This document shows, piece by piece, positions 1 through 8,758 of a stretch of DNA of 64,000 nucleotides (position 1 is the stretch's first letter; every line of letters starts with the position of its first letter). The notes beneath the pieces were generated by a model. The model did not search any database. It was not told the origin of the DNA and saw nothing but the letters and a program-made list of their open reading frames with translations. Origin of the DNA: Caldisericota bacterium (lineage in GTDB: Bacteria > Caldisericota > JANLFM01); contig JANLFM010000001.1 of assembly GCA_024655865.1 (NCBI GenBank), positions 62,397 to 126,396 of the forward strand, read 5' to 3'. A program made the position numbers and the translations under genes.

Positions 1-656
1 AACTGGAGGGGAAAACAGCAGGGGAAATCATGCAACCACGGCCGAAAGTGGTTGCTCTTCCAGCAGAGGCAGATGCCCTTCAAGCCGTTGAAGTTTTCCA
101 GAAATCCGGGGTCTCTCGCCTTCCTCTTTTCAGGTCCACTTTGGATGAAATCGTGGGAGTGCTTCATGCCAAGGATCTCCTTCAGGCGCTTTTACTGGAA
201 AAGGGAGGCTCTCTTCAGAAGATTATGAGACACCCTCTCTTTGTTCCGGAAGGGATAACCCTGAATCGCCTGCTTGGGGAATTCAAAAGAAGACAAACCC
301 ACATTGCTATCGTCGTGGATGAGTACGGAGGAACATCGGGAATCGTCACCTTAGAGGACATTCTTGAGGAGATCGTTGGGGAAATATGGGATGAGTACGA
401 TCAGGTGAAAATGAGAGGAATAAAAACCGCCTCCAACACTTACCTCTGTTCCGCAGAAATGGAAAGGGAAGAATTGGAAAAGTTAGGGATAATAATCCCG
501 GAGGATCATAAAACCTTAAGCTCTTTTTTAATTGAGCTTACTGGCCGCATACCCCAAGCTGGAGAAAAGGTCATTTATGAGGGCTGGGAATTCACAGTCC
601 TCACGAGCAAGCCGAACAAGATCGAGACAGTCAGGATCTCCCGATGCGCGAGTTAG
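1..656 (+). CDS. CBS-pair + CorC_HlyC C-terminal part of a DUF21/CNNM (CorC/TlyC-type) membrane protein; 5' end lies outside the window
   Basis: The frame is open from nt 3. LEGKTAGEIMQPRP aligns with the EIMVPRVD motif of the two downstream paralogs, and a TLEDILEEIVGEIWDEYD motif is present. Confidence 0.8.
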   Translation, partial: LEGKTAGEIMQPRPKVVALPAEADALQAVEVFQKSGVSRLPLFRSTLDEIVGVLHAKDLLQALLLEKGGSLQKIMRHPLFVPEGITLNRLLGEFKRRQTHIAIVVDEYGGTSGIVTLEDILEEIVGEIWDEYDQVKMRGIKTASNTYLCSAEMEREELEKLGIIIPEDHKTLSSFLIELTGRIPQAGEKVIYEGWEFTVLTSKPNKIETVRISRCAS

Positions 657-1858
657 TAATTTTTATCCTCTTGATATTTCTGAGCGCCATCTTTTCCTCC
701 GGGGAGACCTCCTTTACCCTCCTTGATAAAACGCGTCTGCGCCTTAAAGCCAGAGGGGGAGACCGGAGAGCTAAATTGCTCTTTAGCCTCTGGGAGAAAC
801 CGGAACTCTTCTTCACGCCATTGCTTATTGGCAATAACCTTGTAAATATCACGGCCAGCGTTATCCTCACCGCTGTGTTTGTCAAAATCTGGGGGGAGTT
901 GGGCGCGCTCATTTCCACGATCTTAGTCACGATAGTTGTCCTTTATTTCGCGGAGCTCCTCCCCAAAGCCCTGGCAGCCCGTTTTCCGAACCTGATGTCT
1001 CGCGTTCTCTTCTACCCTCTTTTTGTAATTTTTGTTCTCCTCGCCCCCTTAAGCTTGATTTTTAACAGCAGCTTGCGCCTTCTCCACAAAGCCGTTCCTG
1101 GTCTGAAAAGTAGATCCTCACTGTTCTCTCGGGAAGAAGTCCAGGCTATAGCTTCAAGCTGGGGAAAAGAGGAACTGAGTGAAATATTAGATAGAGCGCT
1201 GGTTTTTTCTCAGAAGACCGTGGGGGAAATTATGGTGCCCAGAGTGGATATAAAGGCTTTCCCTGAAGAAAAGCCTGTCCTGGAACTCCTCCGGGAAGCC
1301 CAGAGTATGCGCTACTCCCGATTTCCCATTTATCGGGGAACCGTTGATCACATTGTGGGAGTCCTTTACCTTAAAGACCTCCTGGAAATAAAGCTGGATT
1401 CCGCTCTTATAGCCGGGGCCCTTGCCAAACCGCCTTTCTTCCTAGTGGAATCCCTGCCCCTGATCCCCGCCCTGGAGGAAATGCGGGATAAAAGAACAAG
1501 TCTTGCTCTCGTGGTTGACGAATATGGGGGAATTTCCGGCTTAATCACCCTGGAGGATATTCTGGAAGAGATTGTCGGGGAAATCTGGGATGAGTACGAC
1601 CGCCCTGTTTCCCTGATCAAGGAGGAGCCGGGGGGGCTGGTTGTGGATGCCCGCATTGCAATGGCAGAACTGGCGGATCGTTACCGGCTACCCATAAAGA
1701 GCGAAACCGTCACTCTGGGGGGTTTTCTTGAGGAGCTCGCTGGAGGAATCCCCTCTCCAGGCCAAAAGTTCACGGTGGAAGGGGTCTGCTTCGAGGTTTT
1801 AGAGTCCACCAATAAAGCAGTGAAAAGGGTTCTGATAACTTTCCCCAATCATGTATAA
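644..1858 (+). CDS. DUF21-CBS-CorC_HlyC (CNNM/CorC hemolysin-like) membrane protein, paralog 2
   Basis: 404 aa with N-terminal TM helices, GEIMVPRVD, a CBS pair and LEDILEEIVGEIWDEYD. It overlaps the upstream gene by 13 nt. Confidence 0.85.
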   Translation: MRELVIFILLIFLSAIFSSGETSFTLLDKTRLRLKARGGDRRAKLLFSLWEKPELFFTPLLIGNNLVNITASVILTAVFVKIWGELGALISTILVTIVVLYFAELLPKALAARFPNLMSRVLFYPLFVIFVLLAPLSLIFNSSLRLLHKAVPGLKSRSSLFSREEVQAIASSWGKEELSEILDRALVFSQKTVGEIMVPRVDIKAFPEEKPVLELLREAQSMRYSRFPIYRGTVDHIVGVLYLKDLLEIKLDSALIAGALAKPPFFLVESLPLIPALEEMRDKRTSLALVVDEYGGISGLITLEDILEEIVGEIWDEYDRPVSLIKEEPGGLVVDARIAMAELADRYRLPIKSETVTLGGFLEELAGGIPSPGQKFTVEGVCFEVLESTNKAVKRVLITFPNHV

Positions 1859-1874
1859 TTGTACTTGAGGTGAT

Positions 1875-3140
1875 TTGTGCTTGGACGATTGGAGTAATTA
1901 TCTTGCTCCCGCTTTGATCCTGCTAAGTTTCCTTTTTCTGGCAGGATTCTCTTCTACTGGTTCCGCCTTTATTTCTGTTTCCAAAGCGAGGTTGCGAAAA
2001 GAGCTGGAAAAGAGCGAAAACAGGCGCCTTTATCAGCTAACTCAGTGGAGGGATAATCCGGAATACACGCTTGCCGTTCTCCTCGTAGGAGAATACATTT
2101 TCATCCTTTCTTCCGGAATCCTCTCCTTCTGGTGGCTAAAAACGGTCAACCTGAGTCTCACGCTTTTTTGGCTGCTCCTAATTCTCTTCTTGTTGCTTGT
2201 GATTCTGATTGAAGTTTTGATGCGCAGTCTGGGGGCCTCAAGGCCCACAGGGGTGCTCTTGACGCTTTATCCCCTGGTAGCGTTCTGGAGAGTATTGCTC
2301 TTTCCCTTAGCGGGCCTCCTCCGTTTGGTCGGCTCGGCCGTCACGCGCTGGTCCTCCACCGAGGAGCTGGAAGACGACACTAACAGGGTACTAGCAGAAA
2401 TGAGGGAAGAGGTTGAAGATCTCCAAGCAGAGGAGAGGGAAATGATTTCTGCCATCTTCGAGTTCCGGGAGAAGGAGGTCTCGGAAATCATGGTTCCCAG
2501 GGTGGACGTAATAGCTTTAGATGAAGGGGCATCGGTGGCTGAGGCACTTCAGCTCATGGTTCGCTCTGGCCACTCCAGGCTGCCTGCCTATCGTGAAAGC
2601 ATCGACAACGTGGTGGGGGTAGTTCTGGAAAAAGACGCCTTAAGAGCTTTGCTTGAGAAGAAAGAGGCGCTCCCCGTCTCTCAGATCATGCGGGAACCAT
2701 TTTTTGTGCCTGAGACCAAGAACATCTCTGAACTATTGCCGGAGATGCAAAAGCGCAAAACACAAATTGCTTTTGTAGTGGACGAATTCGGCGGGTTAGA
2801 GGGACTAGTCACCATGGAGGATCTGCTCGAGGAAATCGTGGGAGAAATAAGGGACGAACACGATGTGGAATCCGAGAGGGTGGAAAAAATTGGAGAGGGG
2901 GTTTTTCTGGTCTCTGCAGGAGTCACATTAAGAGAGTTTTCCGAGATCACGGGGGTAGAAATCGAGTCCGAAGACTATGATACTTTAGGAGGCCTCCTTC
3001 TGGGAATCTTTCAGAGAATACCTGCAGTTGGTGAGGAAACAGAATATAATTCATTACACTTCCAGGTGGTGGAACTTAAAGGGAACCGGCTGTTGAAAAT
3101 TAAGGTGGAAATCAAGAAAGAGGAAAAAATTGGAGATTGA
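1875..3140 (+). CDS. DUF21-CBS-CorC_HlyC (CNNM/CorC hemolysin-like) membrane protein, paralog 3
   Basis: 421 aa with a TTG start. Same architecture as paralog 2: SEIMVPRVD, MEDLLEEIVGEIRDEHD. Confidence 0.85.
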   Translation: MCLDDWSNYLAPALILLSFLFLAGFSSTGSAFISVSKARLRKELEKSENRRLYQLTQWRDNPEYTLAVLLVGEYIFILSSGILSFWWLKTVNLSLTLFWLLLILFLLLVILIEVLMRSLGASRPTGVLLTLYPLVAFWRVLLFPLAGLLRLVGSAVTRWSSTEELEDDTNRVLAEMREEVEDLQAEEREMISAIFEFREKEVSEIMVPRVDVIALDEGASVAEALQLMVRSGHSRLPAYRESIDNVVGVVLEKDALRALLEKKEALPVSQIMREPFFVPETKNISELLPEMQKRKTQIAFVVDEFGGLEGLVTMEDLLEEIVGEIRDEHDVESERVEKIGEGVFLVSAGVTLREFSEITGVEIESEDYDTLGGLLLGIFQRIPAVGEETEYNSLHFQVVELKGNRLLKIKVEIKKEEKIGD

Positions 3141-3540
3141 CTGGCAAATTCTGATTGAGGAAGCACGAAGGGCCCAAAAACTTGCTTATGCGCCCTACTC
3201 TCATTTTCAGGTTGGTGCAGCGTTGCTTGCATCCTCGGGAAAAATATACACTGGCTGCAACATAGAAAACGCCAGCTACCCCTTAAGTATCTGCGCCGAA
3301 AGAGTTGCCATCTTTAAAGCAGTCAGTGAGGGGGAAACCCAGTTCCTCGCCCTGGCCGTAGTAGCTGATTCTCAATCCCTCTCTGCTCCCTGCGGGGCCT
3401 GCCGCCAGGTAATTATGGAATTCGCCCCTGAGCTACCCGTTGCGCTCTCTAACCTTGAGGGGCAACGCATTATCGTAAAAGCCAGCGATCTCTTGCCCAT
3501 GCCCTTCACAAAAGAGTTCTTGAACGAGAAAAGGGAATAA
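3130..3540 (+). CDS. cdd: cytidine deaminase
   Basis: 136 aa with CAERVAIFKAVSEGE and PCGACRQVIMEF zinc-ligand motifs. Confidence 0.9.
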   Translation: MEIDWQILIEEARRAQKLAYAPYSHFQVGAALLASSGKIYTGCNIENASYPLSICAERVAIFKAVSEGETQFLALAVVADSQSLSAPCGACRQVIMEFAPELPVALSNLEGQRIIVKASDLLPMPFTKEFLNEKRE

Positions 3541-3557
3541 AAAATCAGGAGGGAAAA

Positions 3558-4310
3558 ATGAGAGAGAAAATTATCGCCGGAAACTGGAAATGTTATAAAA
3601 CAATGGATGAGGCCAGAACCCTCATCACTGAGATTATCGCAGGACTTGAGCCTAACTTAAATCGCACTGTCGTGCTCTGCCCCCCTTATCCCTACCTGCA
3701 TCTGGCCAAGGAATTGGTCATTGGTTCCCGGGTAAAGATTGGCGCCCAGAACCTCTGGAAGGAGGATTGGGGAGCTTATACCGGGGAAATCTCGGCCCCC
3801 ATGCTGGCTTCTTTAAAAGTAGACTTCGTAATCATTGGACACTCTGAAAGGCGGGAGTATTTTAAAGAGGACGGAGCCCTTCTGAATGCCAAGTTAAAAA
3901 AGGCTTTAGCCTGGAATCTCAGACCAATTTTCTGCCTTGGAGAGAAACTTCGCGAACGCGAGGAGGGGGTCACTTTTCAAGTCGTGGAAACTCAGCTTAA
4001 AGAAGGCCTGGAAGGACTGAGCTCGGAGGATATGCTCAAGGTGGTCATCGCTTACGAACCGGTTTGGGCCATTGGCACAGGGCGTAATGCCACCCCGGAA
4101 CAAGCACAGGAAGTCCAGCAATTCCTGAGGGAGAAAATTGGAGAATTCTGGGGAAACAAGGTAGCAGAGCAAATTCCTATTCTCTACGGGGGGAGCGTGA
4201 AACCGGAGAATATAGATAGCCTGATGGCGATGCCAGACCTTGATGGTGCCTTAGTAGGAGGGGCGAGTTTGAAGTCTCAGGACTTTCTGAGGATCATCCA
4301 TTTCAAATAG
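3558..4310 (+). CDS. tpiA: triosephosphate isomerase
   Basis: 250 aa with IAGNWK, IGHSERR and AYEPVWAIGTG motifs; GGAGGG SD upstream. Confidence 0.95.
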   Translation: MREKIIAGNWKCYKTMDEARTLITEIIAGLEPNLNRTVVLCPPYPYLHLAKELVIGSRVKIGAQNLWKEDWGAYTGEISAPMLASLKVDFVIIGHSERREYFKEDGALLNAKLKKALAWNLRPIFCLGEKLREREEGVTFQVVETQLKEGLEGLSSEDMLKVVIAYEPVWAIGTGRNATPEQAQEVQQFLREKIGEFWGNKVAEQIPILYGGSVKPENIDSLMAMPDLDGALVGGASLKSQDFLRIIHFK

Positions 4311-4318
4311 GAGAGGTT

Positions 4319-5050
4319 ATGAAAGACCAAGTACGCGAGATTCTGGAAAAATATCGAAAAGCAGAGGACTTTCACAGGCCCCGGCCCCCATTCTCCTTGC
4401 TCCCCCAGTTCATTGATCACACTCTGCTCAAGCCCGAGGCCAGTGAGGAAGACGTCCTTCGACTCTGCCGAGAAGCTATTAAGGTAAAATTTTACTCCGT
4501 CTGCCTCCACCCTTGCTGGGTTCCCATAGCGCGAAAGGAATTGGGAGATTCCGGAGTGCAACTGGGAACGGTAGTGGGATTTCCCCTAGGAGCTAATTCC
4601 AGCGATACCAAACTTGAGGAGGCGCTCTGGTGCGCAAAGCAAGGCGCTACCGAAATTGATATGGTGATGAACATCGGGTTCCTGAAATCCGGCCACTACA
4701 ACGCCTGCACAGAGGAAATCACGAGGATCGTGGAAAAGACGCGCCTTCCTATCAAAGTGATCATAGAAACCTGCTTGCTCACTGAGGAGGAAAAGGTCCT
4801 GGCTACCCTGATGGTTGCCGAGGCTGGGGCCGCTTTCGTGAAAACCTCTACCGGTTTTTCTGCGGGCGGGGCCACAGTGGAGGACGTCAGGCTTTTGCGC
4901 TTCGCTGCGCAGGAGAAACTAAAGGTGAAGGCCTCAGGGGGAATCAGAACTTTAACCCAGGCTCTGGAAATGATCCAGGCTGGCGCGGATCGTATAGGAA
5001 CCTCCTCGGGGATAAAAATTATAGAGGAAGCAAAGGGCACGCCTGTTTAA
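4319..5050 (+). CDS. deoC: deoxyribose-phosphate aldolase
   Basis: 243 aa with IDHTLLKPEA, FVKTSTGF (Schiff-base Lys) and VKASGGIR. Confidence 0.9.
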   Translation: MKDQVREILEKYRKAEDFHRPRPPFSLLPQFIDHTLLKPEASEEDVLRLCREAIKVKFYSVCLHPCWVPIARKELGDSGVQLGTVVGFPLGANSSDTKLEEALWCAKQGATEIDMVMNIGFLKSGHYNACTEEITRIVEKTRLPIKVIIETCLLTEEEKVLATLMVAEAGAAFVKTSTGFSAGGATVEDVRLLRFAAQEKLKVKASGGIRTLTQALEMIQAGADRIGTSSGIKIIEEAKGTPV

Positions 5051-5083
5051 GCTAAATAAAGCCCGGGGAACGGAATAGGAGAA

Positions 5084-5845
5084 ATGAAGAGGATAAAGGG
5101 TCTTCTCCTTTCCTTTTTAGGCATCGTTATTATTCTGGCCGTAGGGTCCTGGCTCATTCGCTATCTCCAGTCCCTGGGGCCTATGGCGCTGTTGGCTCAA
5201 AGCTGGAGGGAGGCGAGCAACCGGGTAGTGCTTTTAGTAAATGGCGAGCCAGCTACGGAAAGAGAGTGGGTGATTCAATATGAAGAACTCCGTCTAAACC
5301 CCCAAAATGCGGCCAAATCGGATCATGAAATTAAAGTGGAAACTCTGGAAAATGTAATCAGGAACAAGGCTCTCCTTGTTGAAGCTTTGGGGAAAGGCTA
5401 TCGAGTAAATGAGGAAGAAGCAAGGGTTTATGCCGAGGAACAACGCAAAGCGCTTCAGTCTCCTGACGCAGTCCCGGAAGACAGGGCCTTCCTCGAGAAT
5501 TTTATCAAGGGCCTTGGAGTAAGCGAGGAGGAGTACTGGGGAAAGATCGCACCTCAGGCCTATATGCTCCTCCTACCTCAAATCCATCTCAGGGAAAGCC
5601 TGCGCGCCACCTTCCAGCCCCTCACTTTCGATGAGCTGGAGGCTTTCAAGGAAAAACACCCCGAATGGAAAAACCTCGCCGAAGAGGCTCTGGCCCTAAA
5701 AGCGCAGGAGGAGAAGTTCCAGGATTTCTGGGAGGACTACGCCAGAGACCTCGTCCGGAAAGCAAAAATTGAAATCCTCGCCCCGGATTTAAAGGAAATT
5801 CAAGAAGAGGCCCTTAAAGCCTTTGAAGTTTCACAGACCGAATAA
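5084..5845 (+). CDS. hypothetical N-terminally membrane-anchored protein (possibly a SurA-N/PpiC-chaperone-like helical domain)
   Basis: 253 aa with a single N-terminal TM helix and a charged helical remainder. No catalytic motif was recognised. Confidence 0.5.
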   Translation: MKRIKGLLLSFLGIVIILAVGSWLIRYLQSLGPMALLAQSWREASNRVVLLVNGEPATEREWVIQYEELRLNPQNAAKSDHEIKVETLENVIRNKALLVEALGKGYRVNEEEARVYAEEQRKALQSPDAVPEDRAFLENFIKGLGVSEEEYWGKIAPQAYMLLLPQIHLRESLRATFQPLTFDELEAFKEKHPEWKNLAEEALALKAQEEKFQDFWEDYARDLVRKAKIEILAPDLKEIQEEALKAFEVSQTE

Positions 5846-5993
5846 AGGTCGCGAAAAAGGGCGGCCTTATCACATTCACAAAAAGAGAATTTTGACATCT
5901 CCTCCTGTCCCCTGGAGAATTTAAAGGACAGATGGAGAGACTGGGAAAGTACAGCTGGCCAATGCTCTTAGTTCCAAATCGAGGCACAGAGAG

Positions 5994-6743
5994 ATGCCAC
6001 TTTTAAAACTCACGGGCTTCGTTCTTCGAACGCGGTCCTGGGGAGAGGCAGATAAGCTCGCGACCTTCTTCACCAAGGAAAAAGGGAAACTTTTTGGCGT
6101 AGTAAGAGGAGCAAGAAAACCTCAGAGCCACTGGGGAGGAGCTTTAGAGCCTCTGACTATGCTGGATCTTCTTTTTTACGAGAAAAGCGGGCGGCACACT
6201 TTAACCCAATGTGAGATCATCAGGAGTTTTCACTCCCTCAGACAGCCCGGGCCCTCCGGTTCTGCCTCGTTATACATCCTTGAGCTCGTGGAAAACCTCA
6301 CCGCAGATGAAGACGCCAACCCGCAGCTTTTCAACGAAATGGAGAGAGCATTAAGGGCCCTGGAAGAGGGCGTTAGCCCTCTTCCTCTTTTGAACTCCTT
6401 CCGTCTAAAACTCCTCACTCTTTTAGGGTTCTGGCCCTGGCTGGACACCTGTGTATCTTGTGGGAAAAAGATTAAGGGGATGATTTTGACCTTCAATCCT
6501 AAATCTGGAGGCCTGGTCTGCCCGGATTGCAAAGGCTCGCTTCAGGGAAATCTTACAATAGGCGAGAAAACGCTAAATCGCACCTTGAGTCTCCTTAATT
6601 TACCTTATTCGGAAATCAAGGAGGAAAGCGAGGACCAGGAATTGAACGAAATACTCGTCGCATTCCTCGGCGCCCAGTTGGGGATGGAAGTCTCAAAGGT
6701 TAAAAGTTACATGGAAAAATTAGAAAACGGCCAACCCCGCTGA
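5994..6743 (+). CDS. recO: DNA repair protein RecO
   Basis: 249 aa with an N-terminal OB-fold signature (LRTRSWGEADKL) and CxxC...CxxC zinc motifs (CVSCGKK, CPDC). Confidence 0.85.
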   Translation: MPLLKLTGFVLRTRSWGEADKLATFFTKEKGKLFGVVRGARKPQSHWGGALEPLTMLDLLFYEKSGRHTLTQCEIIRSFHSLRQPGPSGSASLYILELVENLTADEDANPQLFNEMERALRALEEGVSPLPLLNSFRLKLLTLLGFWPWLDTCVSCGKKIKGMILTFNPKSGGLVCPDCKGSLQGNLTIGEKTLNRTLSLLNLPYSEIKEESEDQELNEILVAFLGAQLGMEVSKVKSYMEKLENGQPR

Positions 6744-6799
6744 GCGTTTAAATGATCTTCTTGCTCTAATAATTGAGAAATCTAATTGAGGTGAGGAAA

Positions 6800-7252
6800 A
6801 TGGAATACGAAGAGGTCCTCAAGCATCTCGCCCCCTGTGGCCTGAGCTGTCAAAAATGTTTCGCCTTTAAGGATGGAGATATCCGGAAGGCTGCTTCAAC
6901 GCTGAAAGATAAGCTGGGCAATTTCGAGATTTATGCGCAGAGGTTTTCATCCCTGGTTGACCCCGTCTTCGCTCATTATCCCGCTTTCAAAGAACTCCTC
7001 TTCTTCCTTGCCGGAGGAAGCTGCCAGGGCTGTCGGGACCAGGTTTGCGGCCTCTGGCCCGAGTGCTTTGTAGCTTCCTGCTATAGAGAAAAGAAAGTCG
7101 ATTATTGCTTCCAGTGCGAGGAGTTCCCCTGCCAGAAGGTGAACTTCGACGAGCATTTAAAGCGTCGTTGGGTTCAGATGAACCAGAGCATGAAGGAAAT
7201 AGGGGTGGTGAAATACTACGAGTATACGAGGACGGAGCCAAGGTATAAGTAA
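6800..7252 (+). CDS. DUF3795-type cysteine-rich protein
   Basis: CGLSCQKC near the N-terminus plus further Cys clusters. ATG 6800 is preceded by GAGGTGAGG, whereas the ORF-track TTG 6773 has no SD. Confidence 0.7.
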   Translation: MEYEEVLKHLAPCGLSCQKCFAFKDGDIRKAASTLKDKLGNFEIYAQRFSSLVDPVFAHYPAFKELLFFLAGGSCQGCRDQVCGLWPECFVASCYREKKVDYCFQCEEFPCQKVNFDEHLKRRWVQMNQSMKEIGVVKYYEYTRTEPRYK

Positions 7253-7343
7253 CCTTTCCTTTCCTTTTTTCCCAAATCCAGCTTGACCCCCGATAATGAC
7301 CATCATGGAATCATATTGACCATTCGATCATGCAAGGAGGGGG

Positions 7344-7750
7344 ATGATGTTCTGCCTTCAATGCGGGAAGGAATTTGAGGAAGGGTATCGCTACTGTCCT
7401 TACTGCGGAAGCCCTTTGACGCAGCCACTCCGGGAAAACCCCCAAAACCCCCTATACTTAAAAGCAAAAAGGCCCTGAAGAAAACACTCCTCTGGTCCAT
7501 TGTAGGGGTTGTCATCCTGGGTCTGGTCTTTGTAGCCTATATTCCCCTCTTGAAGCCTTCCGAGGTTTCGCTTTTCCCTGTAGAAATAGGAGGGAAGTGG
7601 GAGTTTGGGGACAAAGAGGCACATATCGTGATCGAGCCGAAGTTTGACCTGAGAAACTGGTTCTCAGAGGGGTTAGCTGCGGTAATGGTGGGCAATTAGT
7701 GGGGATACATAGATAAATCAGGTCACCCTGTCTGGACACAGACAGAATAG
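7344..7750 (+). pseudogene. decayed zinc-ribbon / TM / WG(KWG)-repeat protein gene (frameshift plus in-frame TAG)
   Basis: ATG 7344 gives MMFCLQCGKEFEEGYRYCPYCGSPL and stops at TGA 7476-7478. The +1 frame continues KKTLLWSIVGVVILGLVFVAY..GGKWEFGDKEAHIVIEPKFD..SEGLAAVMVGN-TAG(7697)-WGYIDKSGHPVW and stops at 7748-7750. One extra A in the A5 run 7466-7470 would restore the frame. Confidence 0.7.
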
Positions 7751-7855
7751 AGAACTTTCAAATGTAAATCCCCTGAACAAAGAAAAATCTCAATCTTTCA
7801 CCACTGTTTCCCTTATCTTCCTGGCTTTCATTTTCCAGGAAAAGGGGTATTATTT

Positions 7856-7883
7856 TTGACAAAAGGGCCTTTTTGAGTAAAAA
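7856..7883 (+). promoter_or_regulatory. sigma70-type promoter for glyQS
   Basis: TTGACA (7856-7861), 16-nt spacer, TAAAAT (7878-7883). ATG lies 20 nt downstream with no SD. Confidence 0.5.
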
Positions 7884-7903
7884 TTTTCTTTTAAATTGAC
7901 CAC

Positions 7904-8758
7904 ATGAACTTACAGGATTTAATCCTAAATCTGGAAAAATTCTGGGCGGAGCAGGGGTGTGTCATCGAGCAGCCCTACGATCTGGAAGTGGGAGCCGGAA
8001 CAATGCATCCTGCCACTTTTTTCCGCGTGTTAGGCCCACGTCCCTGGAGAACAGCCTACGTTCAGCCATCAAGGAGGCCTGCGGATGGACGCTTCGGTGA
8101 AAACCCCTATCGCCTTTACCGCCACTTTCAATTTCAGGTCATCCTTAAGCCTTCTCCCATCGATGTTCAGGATATTTACCTGGAATCCCTCAAAGCCATA
8201 GGGCTGGATCTGAAAGAGCACGACATCCGTTTTGAAGAGGACAATTGGGAATCCCCTACTCTGGGAGCTTGGGGAACGGGTTGGCAGGTAACCCTGGATG
8301 GCCTGGAGATTACTCAGTTCACTTATTTTCAGCAGGCTGGAGGGTTTGACCTAAAGCCGATTTCCGCAGAACTCACCTACGGGCTGGAAAGGCTCGCCAT
8401 GTACCTTCAAGGGGTAAAGAACGTCTTTCACGTGGGCTGGAGCGAAAACACCCTCTACGGGGACCTGCACCACAGATTAGAAGTTGAAGCCTGCCAGTAC
8501 TCATTTCGCAAGGCTGATATTGAAAGGCTCTGGCAAATGTTCGACCTTTATGAAAAGGAGGCCGGAGTTTGTATCGAAAATAAGCTCGCCTATCCTGCTT
8601 ACGAGTACGCCCTGAAACTCTCTCATACTTTCAACGTGCTCGATGCTCGGGGAGCCTTGAGCGTTGCTCAGAGGGCAGAAGTCATCGGCCGGATTCGCGA
8701 GATAGCCAAAGAAAGCGCACGGCTTTATCTGGAGGGTGAAAATGGATCTTCTGTTTGA
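7904..8758 (+). CDS. glyQ: glycine--tRNA ligase alpha subunit
   Basis: 284 aa with highly conserved GlyQ sequence ([30 protein letters not shown]). Confidence 0.95.
   Translation: MNLQDLILNLEKFWAEQGCVIEQPYDLEVGAGTMHPATFFRVLGPRPWRTAYVQPSRRPADGRFGENPYRLYRHFQFQVILKPSPIDVQDIYLESLKAIGLDLKEHDIRFEEDNWESPTLGAWGTGWQVTLDGLEITQFTYFQQAGGFDLKPISAELTYGLERLAMYLQGVKNVFHVGWSENTLYGDLHHRLEVEACQYSFRKADIERLWQMFDLYEKEAGVCIENKLAYPAYEYALKLSHTFNVLDARGALSVAQRAEVIGRIREIAKESARLYLEGENGSSV

Noticed and set aside
7751-7903. T-box riboswitch upstream of glyQS
   Set aside because: There is no T-box consensus, specifier-loop context or terminator/antiterminator. There is only a short hairpin (TTCCTGG-N10-CCAGGAA, 7819-7842) and a promoter close to the ATG.
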